64,000 nucleotides of DNA from Octopus sinensis. Lineage: Eukaryota. The translations under genes and the position numbers were made by a program. The stretch lies in the NCBI RefSeq assembly GCF_006345805.1, contig NC_043011.1, forward strand, positions 49,674,464-49,738,463, written 5' to 3'. Positions within the stretch are counted from its first letter, which is position 1; the number at the start of each line of letters is the position of its first letter. The notes under the pieces are model-generated. The model worked only from the letters and a program-made list of their open reading frames with translations, was not told the DNA's origin and searched no databases. This document shows positions 26,140-38,696 of this stretch, piece after piece.

Positions 26140-27040
26140 TGTTTAGCACGCCGGGCAAAATACTTGGCGGTATTTCATCCGTCTCTACGTTCTGAGTTCG
26201 AATTCCACCAAGGTCGACTTTGCCATTCATCCATTCGGTCTCGATGAAATAGGCACCAGTTATGCACTACGGTCAGGCAAATTCCGTTCCCCGAAATTTC
26301 TGGCTTTCTGCCAAAATTTGAAACCAATATTTCGCATTCAGTATAAGCTGGCAGAATCGTCAGCACGCCGGGCAAAATACTTAATGGTAATTCGTCTGCC
26401 GTCACGTTCTGAGTTCAAATTCCGCCGAGATCGACTTTGCCTTTCATCCTTTCGGGGTCGATTAAATAAGTACCATTTACGCACTGGGGTCGATATAATC
26501 GACTTAATCCTTTTGACTGTCCTTGTTTGACCTCTCTGTGTTTAGCCCCTTGTGCGTAGTAAAGAAATAAGTATTTCGTCTGCCGTTACGTTCTGAGTTC
26601 AAATTCCGCCGAGGTCGACTTTGCTTTTCATCCTTTCGGGGTCGATAAATTAAGTACCAGTTACGCCCTGGGGTCGATATAATCGACTTACTCCGTTTGT
26701 CTGTCCTTGTTTGTCCTCTCTGTGTTTAACCCCTTGTGGGTAGTAAAGAAATAGGTATTTCGTCCGTCTTTTCGTTCTGAGTTCAAATTCCGCCGAGGTC
26801 GAGTTTGCTTTTCATCCTTTCGGGGTCGATAAATTAAGTACCAGTTACGCCCTGGGGTCGATATAATCGACTTACTCCGTTTGTCTGTCCTTGATTGTCC
26901 TCTCTGTGCTTAGCCCCTTTGGGTAGTAAAGAAATAGGTATTTCGTCCAACTTTTCGTTCTGAGTTCAAATTCCGCCGAGGTTGACTTTGTCTTTCATCC
27001 TTTCGGGGTCGATGATATAAGGGGTTGACATAATCGACTT
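26140..27040 (+). repeat. Tandem array of ~182 bp SINE body units
   Basis: The unit gtatttcgtc..ttctgagttcaaattccgccgaggtcgactttg..gtagtaaagaaata starts at ~26390, 26571, 26755 and 26938. Same family as 42586-42815. Confidence 0.85.
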
Positions 27041-27452
27041 ACTTCTATTTGAAACTATTGTTTTGGATTCAGTATCTTTACCTTCGTTAAATATGAGATT
27101 TAATGCCTTGTGGTGTTTGTGCACTATGGACAAATTCCATCAAATTCTCCATAAGTGGGAAAAACACTTCTTCAAACTTTAGAATTTGTGACACATAAAC
27201 TTATTATATTTATAGTTTATTTTACTTTGTGTAAACATTTAACTAAACGCAAATGTCTTTAGCATTCTGTTGCTTTGCCTTATTCGGATAGATAGCTGAT
27301 AGACAAACAGACAGACAGATAGATAAACAGGCAGAAAGGTAAGTAGGTCGGTCGGTCGGTAAGTAAGTAGGTAAGAAGGTTGTTAGGTAGGAAACTAGGT
27401 ACGTATATTGGTAGGTAGATAGGTAAGTAGGTAGACAGATAGATAGGTAGAT

Positions 27453-27598
27453 ATCTTTATTGGCCACGCAGTGCTGAACCCAGAAAGGACAAAATACAAA
27501 GTAGAGCTTTTCTTTTGGGGAAGAAGAGAAGGAGAAAAAAAACGGGTCGAATTCCAATCAAAAGGGATCGTGAAAGGAAAAAAAAAAAAAAAAAGAAA
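27453..27598 (-). mobile_element. Short 3' end of the Tx1 family (older copy) in (AGAT)n
   Basis: tctttattggccacgcagtgctg...gtagagcttttc...atcaaaagggatcgt matches 28420-28540. Confidence 0.75.
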
Positions 27599-27821
27599 TA
27601 GATACATAGATAGGTAGGTAGGTAGAGAGTCAAACAGCTAGAAAGCTTGATAGAGATAGAGAGATAGATACATATATAGGTGGAGAGAATGATATATTGT
27701 TTTTGAATAGATAATTACATAGGTAAATAGACAGATAAACAGGCTGTTCTACAAACCGATTGATACAAAGGTAGATAAATTGGTAGATAAATAGATAGAT
27801 AGATCGATCGATCGATCGATC

Positions 27822-27855
<34 letters not shown>

Positions 27856-28099
27856 CAGATAGATAGGTAGGTATGTAGTTAGCTTAGTAGATAGGCAGGT
27901 AGGTAGGTAGGTTGGTTAATAGGTAGGTAGGCAGGCAGGCAAGTAGGTAGGTAGGTAGGTAGGTTGGTTAATAGGTAGGTAGGCAGGCAGGCAAGTAGGT
28001 AGGTAGGTAGGTAGGTAGGTAGGTAGGTAGGTAGGTAGGTAGGCAGGTAGGTAGGTGGGTTTGATACAAAGGTAGATAAATTGATAGATAAATAAATAA

Positions 28100-28161
<62 letters not shown>

Positions 28162-28373
28162 GTGTACGTATCAATTAATACATAAATACACAGACAAACA
28201 GATGAATACATAGATACTCCTTATAGATAAATTGATTAGAAAATAATTGGGTAGGTAGAAAAATAGGAAGATAGGTAAATTGATAGAGAGAGAAACAAAT
28301 ACGTATATAGATAAGTAGATAAATACATAGAGAAATTGATAGGTAGATAAGCAGACAGGTAGGTAGGTAGTTT

Positions 28374-28417
<44 letters not shown>

Positions 28418-31122
28418 CGTTTCTTTATTAGCCACACAGGGCTGCACACAGATAGAACAAATTACAAGGTAGAGCTTTTCTTTTGAAGGTTTTAAAAAAA
28501 AAAGGAAGGGGGAGTTTCGATCAAAAGGGATCGTAAAAGGAGAGAAAGAAGACAAAAAAAGGGGGGTTAAAAAAAAGGGGGTAGAGGAAAAAAAAAAAAT
28601 TGATCAATAGGAATCGTTATCACAGAAATGTCAATATGAAGTGTAAAGGGGAGGACAGGTGAGGTTTACCCGTGGAAAGAAAAGCCTACGGAAAAGACCA
28701 CGGTAACCTCGGTCAATGGAGTCTCATGTTATATTTCTTTTTTTCTTTTTTTTGCGAATAAGCAACTCTCTGTTTTCATTTATTTCTGGTTCATAGGAGA
28801 TCATGCTCAAGGTGGCTTCGTCATTCATACGTGCCATTCTTGCTACATTCACCCATCTTTTTTAAAACATTCGCTAGACAAAACTTGCCTCTCTACTCTC
28901 ACTTTCCTTTTCAAGTGGTACTTGAAGAAGTTGATGAGAGATTGACCAGAGAGGAAAGTGTTTGTCTCCAATCCTTTCAGACGCGTCCACCAGATACATT
29001 CTTTCGCCATAGCCACAAGGATGATGAAAATAGCTCTTCCTTCCCGTTTGAGAGGAGGGAGGCGTGACAATATTGACGATAGACTCAGCTGATAAACCGA
29101 CTCGTCCCACACATGACAGCAGTTGTTCGACATAAGCCCACAGGTCGGAATGTTGGACACTGCACGAGTGCGTGCAGAACGGTTTCGTCGCTCTGCCCGC
29201 ATCTCGGGCAGGTCGGCCCGTGTTTCTCGAGCCGTGTCTGTAGAGCTTATCCCGACGGGTAGCGCTTCTCGGTAGCACTGCCAGGCCGGCCAGGGATCTC
29301 TGGAAGTTGTTCCATGGGCCACACCTGTTCACTGTCGTCTACATAGAGCAGCAAGATGTCGCAGTCTCAGCGCGTGTCTGCGCATCATCAACCCACGGCA
29401 TGCCCAGCCTCCTTTTAACGGGTGTTGACAGCAATGGATCGCCTGACCATCGGGACGCATCCTTTCCACAAGAAGCGAAAGAGAATGCGTTGTAGTTTGG
29501 TGATGGTAGGGTCGGGACAAGGTACGACGGTCAGGCGGTAGTAGATGACGGACGCGATGTACTTGTTCGCCACCTCCGCCCGACCTTTTAGGGACAGTTT
29601 CCTCTCGGCCCATTGCCGGGCGAGAGTGACCACCCTACTCGTTATCTCGTTTCCAGTTCTTCTCCACTTGGAGGTCCGGACCAAACCAGACCCCCCGAGC
29701 AACTCAACCGGGCCGTCGGTCCAGCGTCCCACGACGGAGGCGCTGGTGGACGGCATGCTTGCTTCTTTCTCAGGTGCCTAGTCGCAAGCCCACTGACTTT
29801 TCCCGGTTGATTTTCGCTCCTGTCACCGCTTCGTAGTTTTTTCAGTGTCTCGCCGACCTGCTCGATGTGCTCGTGGCTAGACACTATGACGGTGACGTCG
29901 TCCGCGTATGCAGACACGCTCGTCCCGCATCCCATTCTCGCGGGATGCCTCTCAAGGTTGCCAGCTTCCGCAATAATGGCTCGAGAGTCAATACGTATAG
30001 TAGCGACGAGAGGGGGCATCCCTGACGGACCGAACGTGCGATGTCGAAGGGTCTCGATAGATGTCCATTCACGCGAATACCGAACGGATACCTCTGTACA
30101 AAGCGGCTATCCAGCCGCGAAGACGCGGACCGAAGCCAGCCGTTCCGAGGACCGCCTCCAAGTATCGATGGTCCACCCTATCGAAAGCTTTCGATTGATC
30201 CAAATTGATCAGCGCCCCACCCATGCCAGGTTCGTTAACTACCCTGTCTATGAATGTAGCGCATCAGGTGAGGTTGTCATGGATGGTCCGGCCTGGCACG
30301 GCGCATGTTTGCGCCCTGTCGACCAGTTTTTCTTCTCGATGACAAGCGCCAACCTCTGGCTAGCACCTTGGCCAAAATTTTCAAGTCTGCATGCTAGCAG
30401 AGTGATGGGCCTAAAGTTATCTATTACATTTCCCTTGTTTAGATCTTTCTTCAGCAGTGTTACGGCTCCTCGGCTCACAAAACCAGGAATGCTCCCGTTT
30501 TGCTGCCAGTTGCAAGTACACGCCGCCAAGAGATCTCCAAACAAGTCTGGCATACAATTGTAAAGCTCGTAGGGTAGACCATCCAAACCCGGTGATTTGT
30601 CCCTCGAGCATTCTGCCATCGCTTCCTGCACTTCCGCCGCCGTGATGGCCTCGCAGCACCCTGCCTTTCTTGTCGAGAGTCGTGGCTAGGCTATGTAGGT
30701 AGGCACTGAAGTCCACCCTACGTTCTTGCCCTCCACTCGTTCCGAACAGTCGGGCAAAATGCTGCTGAAAGGCCTCACACATTTTACTGGCTCGAGCAAT
30801 TCGCGCCCCTGTTCATCTACCAGTGACCGAATGGTGGCTTTGTTGCCTTGTTGCGCCTCTGCCACCCGGGCCTCTCTCGCGGCTCCACACACCTTCGTTC
30901 CTTAGAGCACGCATCCTAGCTCTGACAGCACATCCTTCGTGTTTGGCGTGAAGTGTTGGTCGAGGGCCAACCTCGCCGCCAAACGTCGGATGCGATGCCG
31001 CTTCTAATTGCCTCTTCTAGCTTCTTAAGTAGCTCACCCTCTACTCTATTTCTATCTATGGCTAGTGCTTTGCTGTACCTAATCGCTTCTGCTTTTACTG
31101 CTCTCTTGAGGGCAAACCACCA
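28418..31122 (-). mobile_element. Tx1 (L1-clade) non-LTR retrotransposon, 5'-truncated, ORF2 RT plus C-terminal Zn-binding region, frameshifted
   Basis: Motifs KSPGLDGLPYELY, NFRPITLL, DQSKAFDRVDH, SVRQGCPLSSLLYVLTLEPLLRKL, AYADDVTV, LSLKGRAEVANKYIASVIYY and CYREALPV; 3' AATAAA. Flanked by (AGAT)n on both sides. Confidence 0.92.
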
Positions 31123-31802
31123 TAGATAGATAGATAGATAGACAGATTGATAAATATACAAATAGATAGATAGACAGATAGATTATTTGATAAGGAATCG
31201 AAGAAGTACTTGTAGTGTCAATGGCCTACAGAGACCTGCCAAAGCATCTGAGATTAATGTTGGTGATATTCGGTCTGTGATATTTGCTGGCCAATGTCTC
31301 GAGAAAAAATTTAAATATCTCGACAAGGTCGGAACTGTAGACAATGCAATCATCTTCAACTGGAGACCGTGTTGGTTCTACTGAAGGTCGGTGTCAGACA
31401 GAGAACCAGCGAGGTGTATAGACACAGAAAGAAATACATATAAAAAATTAGTTATTAATAAAATCAGAAAATGCATGTAAAACCAGATGGATAGAAAATA
31501 TTCACGTAGTATAGTGTGTGTGTGAGAGAGAGAAGAGAGAGGGAGAGGGAGAGGGATGGAGAGAGAGAGAGGTGGGGAGAGAGGGGGAGAGAGAGGAGGG
31601 GGAGAAAGATAGATTTTGAGAAAGACAGAAATATAATCATGCGTATAAACTCAAACGCACATTCACAAATATGCGTGTTCGAATCTATTTACGCACACAC
31701 ACACACACATTTCTTCCAGGTAACGACTTACTGTGAAAACCTGTGTTCATATATATATATATATTTACACATACACATATATACATATGCATATACGCAT
31801 AT

Positions 31803-31876
<74 letters not shown>

Positions 31877-31979
31877 GTCTATCTATCTATTTATCTATAT
31901 ATGTATACATATATAGACACACACATGTATATATCCATCAATCTGTCCAGCACTTATCTATCTCAAAATATACATATAT

Positions 31980-32033
<54 letters not shown>

Positions 32034-32484
32034 ACACACATACACATATATATCTTTACACTCGTACAATCACACACACACGCACATACACACACATTCA
32101 TTCATTCATTTATTCATTCATTCATTCATTCATTCATTCATTTATTCATTCATTCATTTATTCATTCATTCATTCATTCATGTATTGGAATTCGAATTAA
32201 AGAAGAAAAGATCAAATGAAGATACGAAAGTAAATACTGAAAAAGAAAAAAAAAGCATACTCAAAAAAAATCACATAGAACAAGACAAAGACAGAAAAAA
32301 AAGAGACAGAAAATAAATCCGCCCACCCTTGGTCTACACAGAACAATGGAAGCGATGAAAGTCCGATGAAAAGCAAAGAAAAATTCTAGTTTAAAAATGA
32401 AACTAGAACTTTTATGATGACCCATGATTGGTGAGGGTCGAAGAAGGTAATTAATGTTTTGAAGCATTCTATTTGAAGACGGCT

Positions 32485-32678
32485 GAATGTGCGTGCGTGT
32501 GTGTGTGTGTGTGTGCGTGCGTGCGTGTGTGTGTGTGTGTGTTTGTGTGTGTTTGTGTGTGTGTGTGTGGTTTGTGTGTGTTTGTGTGTGTGTGTGTGTG
32601 TGCGTGTGTGTCTGTGTGTGTTTGTATGTGTGTGTGTTTGTGTGTGTTTGGTGGTGTGTTGTGTTGGTGTGTTTTGTG

Positions 32679-32709
<31 letters not shown>

Positions 32710-32833
32710 TGTGTGTGGTGTGGGGTGTGTTTTGTGTGTGTTTGTGTGTGTGTGTGTGTGCGTGTGTGTGTTTGTGTGTGTTGTGTGTGTGTGTGTGTCT
32801 GTGTGTGTTTGTGGTTTTGGTGTTGTGTTTGTG

Positions 32834-32874
<41 letters not shown>

Positions 32875-32910
32875 TTGTGTGTGTGTGTTTTAGTGTGTGT
32901 GTGTGTGTGG
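32485..32910. repeat. (TG)n microsatellite
   Basis: Direct reading. Confidence 0.95.
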
Positions 32911-32974
32911 TAGGAGAGGAGGAAGGATAAGACTGCTAGAGATTTAAGTGGCAAATAGATATGTAATTGTACAA

Positions 32975-33302
32975 CAGGCACTCCGTCGGTTACGACGACG
33001 AGGGTTACCAGTTGATCCGAATAATCGGAACATCCTGCTCTTCGTATGAGTGTACAAGTGGCTGAGCATTCTACAGACAGGTGAGCCCTTAATGTAGTTC
33101 TCAACGAGATTCAGCGTGGCAAAGAGTGTGACAACGCTGGCCCTTTCCAATTACAGGTACCACACATTTTTGCCATGCCAGCTGAGTGAACTGGAACAAC
33201 GCGAAATAAAGTAATGAAGTCTCATTAGGCACTACCAAGTATCGAACTTGTGACCTTACGATCGAGAGCCGAATACCCTAACCACAAAATCACGCGCCTT
33301 CA
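32975..33302 (-). mobile_element. tRNA-derived SINE (tail shared with the 22437 family)
   Basis: gcactccgtcggttacgacgacgagggtt is the reverse complement of the 22785-22815 tail; the tRNA-like head is at 33235-33300. Confidence 0.7.
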
Positions 33303-33340
33303 CTTAAATACACACACACACACGCACACACACACACACA

Positions 33341-33394
<54 letters not shown>

Positions 33395-33802
33395 CACACA
33401 CACACACTTACACACACACACACGCACGCGCACAAACACCTTTACTGTTATTTGTTTCAGTCATTGGACTGCGACCATGCTGGGGCACTGCCTAGAAGAG
33501 TTTTAGTGAAAGAAATCGACCCCAGTACATATCTTTGGAAGTCTGATTCTTATTCTATCGATTTCTCTTTTGACGTACAACTAATTTACGGGGAAGCAAA
33601 TAAATCAACACCGGTTATTAAGCGATGCAGGGACAGACACATAGAAACACACACAAGCACTCACACACTTACTTATGCACACAAACACACATAGGTGCAC
33701 ACACACACACACACACTTACTTATGCACACAAACACACATAGGTACACACACACACACACAAGCACTCACACACTTACTTATGCACACAAACACACATAG
33801 GT

Positions 33803-33845
<43 letters not shown>

Positions 33846-33864
33846 CATACGTACGTACCTATGC

Positions 33865-35269
33865 ATAAACCCTCAACTAATTTTAAAATTTATTAGCTCT
33901 TTCAGTAATCATCCAAAGGCTATTAACAAGGAACTTAGAAATATTTCGCTTAGAATTTCTGGATTATCTGCTAATGTTGATACCTTTAACGATAAAGCCT
34001 AATTTTATAGCTTTGCCTTACTTAAAGTAGGCTATAAAGAAAAAGAAATTACCTATATTCACCCCACTGACATTAATTCTGCCTCTATTAATCAGGACAC
34101 GAAAACAAGTCATAACGGTAACAACAATATAAACTTTAGTTCGAATAACAACACTAAATCGAAAAAAGGAATTTTGCAGAGTAAGGGAGATAACCGTTCT
34201 TTATGTCCATTTATCTCTCTCTCTCTATATATATATATATATAAACGGCAGTTTGTCTGTGTGTGTTTCTGTGTGTCTGTTAGCTTGTACCCTCACCCTG
34301 ACCACGGCTTTCAACCGATTCTGATGAAACTTGACACACACATAGCCCAATGTCATAATTCAAAACTAACGCAGCGAAAATTTTGAAAAGTTCCCCCAGT
34401 TCTGAAAAAAATCGATAAATTCGACATGGGGTCGAGAATTAGAAACACAAACCACAGACTGTCTAGGGGACGCAACTCAACCTTTTTAACTAAAAAAAAA
34501 ATTTACCATCATTTTTTTTCCATTTTTTGGCTATAACTCTCTAAAAATGCTTTATAGTTATTTCCCCTACAAACCCGAGCAACGCCGGGCCACACTGCTA
34601 GTACGTAATAAAATTAAGTCTAGGACTTTTAAAGATAATTACCCTAATAACATGGTGTATCCTTTTACAAGGAACTTAGAAATATTTCACTTAGAATTCC
34701 TACATTGCCTGCTAATGTTGATATCTTTAACGATAAAGCCGGATTTTATAACTCTGCCTTACTTAAAGGAGGCTATAAAGAAACAATTACCTATATTAAC
34801 CCTACTGACATTAACTTTGCCTCTATTAATTAGGACATGAAAACACGTCATAGCGGTAATAGCAATATAAATTTTTGTTCAAATAACAACACTAAATCGA
34901 AAAATGTTATTTTGCAGCCTAAGGGAGATAACCATTCTTTATATACCTTTACACGTAGTAAAAATAAGTCTAGGACTTTTAAAGATAAATTACCCTAATA
35001 ATAAGGCATGTCCTAGTAAAATTGTTTGGCTGATCATTCCATATAAGCAGAGCAAATCCAACCTCATTTTCGTGAAGTTATAGATAAGAATTTTCCAAAA
35101 AATTCCTGTTAACATTCCATTATCAATTCTCACCGAATTAGGATAGGTTTTTCAAACACCAAAAACCTTTCACAAATCATTTCTTCGCATAACAATAAGC
35201 TGTTAAATACAAATTCACTTAATGAAAACAATAACAGTGATATTATTAACGTTAACCAGTCATTGAACA

Positions 35270-35270
<1 letters not shown>
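33865..35270 (+). pseudogene. Penelope-like RT thumb/linker relic with internal ~340 bp duplication, split by a Helitron
   Basis: Translation gives SNHPKAINKELRNISLRISGLSANVDTFNDKA*FYSFALLKVGYKE and VIDKNFPKNSC*HSIINSHRIRIGFSNTKNLSQIISSHNNKLL, typical of PLE. 33925-34213 is duplicated at 34667-34950. Confidence 0.8.
34214..34601 (+). mobile_element. Non-autonomous Helitron
   Basis: A|TC...cccgagcaacgccggg..CTAG|T with no TSD. The empty site is visible in the duplicated PLE segment (~34950). Confidence 0.85.
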
Positions 35271-35341
<71 letters not shown>

Positions 35342-35342
<1 letters not shown>

Positions 35343-35658
35343 GACCGAGGTTACAGTGGTCTTTTCCGTAGGCTTTTCTTCCCACGGATAAACCTTATCT
35401 GCTTCCCCCTTTACACCATACATCATGACACTGTGATACACGATCCCTATTGATCATTTTTTTTCTGTTTCCCCTTTTTTCCTTTTTTCTTTTTCTTTTC
35501 TTTTGTTTCTTTTCCTTTTTTTTTCTTTTTTTTCTTTCCCTTTTACGATCTCTTTTGATCGAAAACCTAACCCACTTTTTTTTTTCCAAAAAAAGAAAAG
35601 CTCTACTTTGTAATCTGTCCCGTCTGTGTGCAGCCCTGTGTGGCTAATAAAGAAACAT
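35342..35658 (+). mobile_element. 3' end of the Tx1 family in (ATCT)n
   Basis: gaccgaggttacagtggtc...cagccctgtgtggctaataaagaaac, with ATCT repeats on both sides. Confidence 0.85.
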
Positions 35659-37364
35659 ATCTATCTATCTACCTAATATATGTTAATTAATTTGCACAAG
35701 AAAAAGTTTGACCCTCAGTCCTAACTTTCTGGTTGTTCGCTATCATCAGATGATATAGAATACAGAAAAAAAGTATAAATAAGAAGAACGTTAAAACAGA
35801 GTTCAGCATGGAACTCAAACAATTTTAAATTTCAAAAATTCATTTTTAAATTTCTACACACTCTGCATTATAGATTTGATCAATAATTTAGTTCATTTAA
35901 CAAGATACAGTGAGTTCAGTGTATGAAGTATCCATACTCTAGTTACCTTCTTTGTATGTTGTGGTGTCTGTTTTACGAGTTGTTCATGCTTAAATTTTCT
36001 TCAATCACGCAAAAAAATTATCTAGATTTGTATGAATTTCTCGGCAACCATCTCCTCCATTCTTCATCTTTCCGTTCCCTTTTCTCTTCTTGTCTCTCAT
36101 TCTCTCTCTCTATCTTTTCTCACTCTCTCTCTCTCTATATATATATATATATTTCCCAGTCTTTCGCTTTCTCTCTTTGTGTCTTTCTCCACGTCTCTTT
36201 TTCTCCCTACCATCCTTTATTCTTTCTCTAGTCTGTTCTCTATCTCCTTACCTCGGTTTTCGATACTAACCATTCCACAATGTTTTTATATTCCCATGAT
36301 TCTATTCATACTACCTAGCATAACTTGTTAAATTTTTTTTTTATCTGACCTGCTACAAGTCACTTCATTCTCCGCCTTGTCCCTCTCTTAGTTCATGGGC
36401 TAACGACCAAATAATCATTCATTTCCACTTAGCGTAACACTTCACACAATCTTCTAAGGTTTGTTGTTCAATTTCAGCTTGTTTCTATTGTTGAAAGAAC
36501 TCACTGTTTAATATGTTTGCCATATACTTCTCGCCCAGTCTTGGTTTCAAATTCGAGCGCGCTGAAGCGAATGTGCACTTCTGTTGATTATTGCATTGAT
36601 GTTGCCATAAGTTTCAGACAACAGGTAACAAAAGAGTAAGATTTGTTTTGTCTTTATCTTGTCCCCTGCCTTTTTGCTGCGGTTCGTGTCCTACATTTCT
36701 CATATATATTTTAAGATATAGAAATTGGATTCGAAAAATCGAGTAGAACCTACCATAAATCCAACTATCAGATCACCAATTCAATTAAATTGTAATTTTA
36801 CTGGCCTGTGTTACCAAACATCCGGTGATATACAAACAGCTTTATTTCCTTAATAAACCAAGGCGAAATAGCATGAAATGTTTACTTGCCTCTCAAGTAT
36901 CATGCGTACAGAAAACCCACTTTCTCGTCGATAGCTTATATGCTTCAAAATTAGACTATTTTCTTTAGTCAATATACTGTGATCGTTTCCAAGCGATTAT
37001 TTACAGAATTGTCATTCGTTACCGCATTTCAATCCATCGCAGAAAACGCAGGTGCATGTTTGTCTCAAAAGCAACACTATGAAATAATAGTTCGTAAATC
37101 TAACGGGAAGAAGTGAGTTGGTACTCTGGTGTAATGGTTAGCACACTTATCGCGAGCATAAAATGTGTTGATTCGAGTCCCATGCATACGAAAAACCAAC
37201 TCTTTTCCGTCGAGGGCTTATATGCCCCAATATTACACAATTTACTTTTGTCAATACATGCTCATCACTTATAAGCTAACAGAATATTATTATTTACAGA
37301 ATTGACACTTGTCATCGCCTCTCAATATATATATAATTGTCACTTGTCTTCGCCCCTCAGCATA

Positions 37365-37414
<50 letters not shown>

Positions 37415-37420
37415 GCATAC

Positions 37421-37475
<55 letters not shown>

Positions 37476-37512
37476 AATGGAGTTTAACGCAGGTATAATT
37501 CAAATACTTTTA

Positions 37513-37592
37513 CTTCCGACACATGTTTCGTAGATTTCACTGATATCATTCCAAAGGAATAAATGGTGTAAGACAATGTAATCTTCTCTTCG
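37513..37592 (-). ncRNA. Decayed hammerhead motif with long helix II
   Basis: Reverse complement c-GAAGA-gaagatt...aatctac-GAAA-catgt-GTC-ggaag. U4 and the 5' strand of helix I are missing. Lies just after (TA)n. Confidence 0.4.
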
Positions 37593-37921
37593 TGCATACC
37601 GATGTAAACATTGGCAAAAACACACCTTTAGTTCATATAAGTAATCTCTATCATTATATATAATTTAAACATTAATTTTCTTTTTATATTTAACATTCAC
37701 TAAAAAAATATCCCTCCTCTTTCTACAGGCTACTTCTGACGTTATATCATGTAACGTGTTTTCAAACATTATTTATAGCGTTCAGTAAATCGCTATGTAA
37801 ATCCATACTTTTCTGTTAAAATGAACAGTAAAAGTGTTATTGGAAAGTGAGAGAGGTGGGGTTAAAGTGTGACAAACTGACACACAGAAATTCGTTTTTG
37901 CATTATATATATATATATATA

Positions 37922-38665
37922 TAATTTATAAGTAAGGGCAAAAGAAAACATTTCTAATGCCAAAATATGCCGAAAATAGACGCTATGTCAATAACTATGT
38001 AATTTATCACTACAGGCACGTTTTTCAAAGAAAGCCGACAGAAATTTCTAAAAAAATTCCGTTATTACCATATCGGACCTGATTTCAGAGTTAGTTCATA
38101 AGAACCTTCTCTTCATCAGTGATAAATGCGGCAAAGAATTAAGTGAAATACTTACCTATACCCATGGACGAAGCGAGCACTAAGCCACGAGTACAACTAA
38201 GTACCCCAAATATATCCAAAGTAGAAATTCTCTAACACACCTCGAGACACGTGCGATTCGAACCGAAAAGCTCTCGTAAAGTGAGAGAGTCCGGAAGTGA
38301 ACACTATTAAATTAACATCGTGTCTTAGTGCTCGTTTCTTCCATGGATATAAGTAAGTATTCCACTTATTTCTTTGCCGCATTTATCACTGATGAAGAGA
38401 AGGTTCTTATGAACTAACTCTGAAATCGAGTCCGATATGGTAATAACGGGATTTTTTTAGAAATTTCTGTCGGCTTTCTTTGAAACACGTGCTTGTAGTG
38501 ATAAATTACATGGTTATTGACGTAGCGTCTATCTTCGGAATAATTTGGCATTAGAAATGTTTTCATTTGCCCTTACTCATAAATTGTTTATAAATTTAAC
38601 CTTTAAAGGTATTTTTTGATATGCTGGCCATTGATAGAATTTCTTTCGAGAAATTCTATCCTATG

Positions 38666-38666
<1 letters not shown>
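37922..38666 (+). mobile_element. Fold-back element with ~245 bp inverted arms, each holding an HHR, plus ~80 bp tail, in (TA)n
   Basis: 37922-38168 is the reverse complement of 38340-38586. HHRs are at 38384-38437 (+) and 38071-38124 (-). Confidence 0.85.
38384..38437 (+). ncRNA. Hammerhead ribozyme motif
   Basis: tatca-CTGATGA-agag(aaggttcttatgaactaa)ctct-GAAA-tcga-GTC-cgata, with one mismatch at the base of helix I. Confidence 0.7.

Positions 38667-38696
<30 letters not shown>

Noticed and set aside
26390-27040. Regularly spaced repeats resembling a CRISPR array (also 9225-9390 and 58879-58955)
   Set aside because: Whole units repeat with no unique spacers, there are no cas genes, and the context is eukaryotic.
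29865-30563. 232-aa plus-strand ORF
   Set aside because: It is the antisense shadow of the GC-rich Tx1 ORF2.
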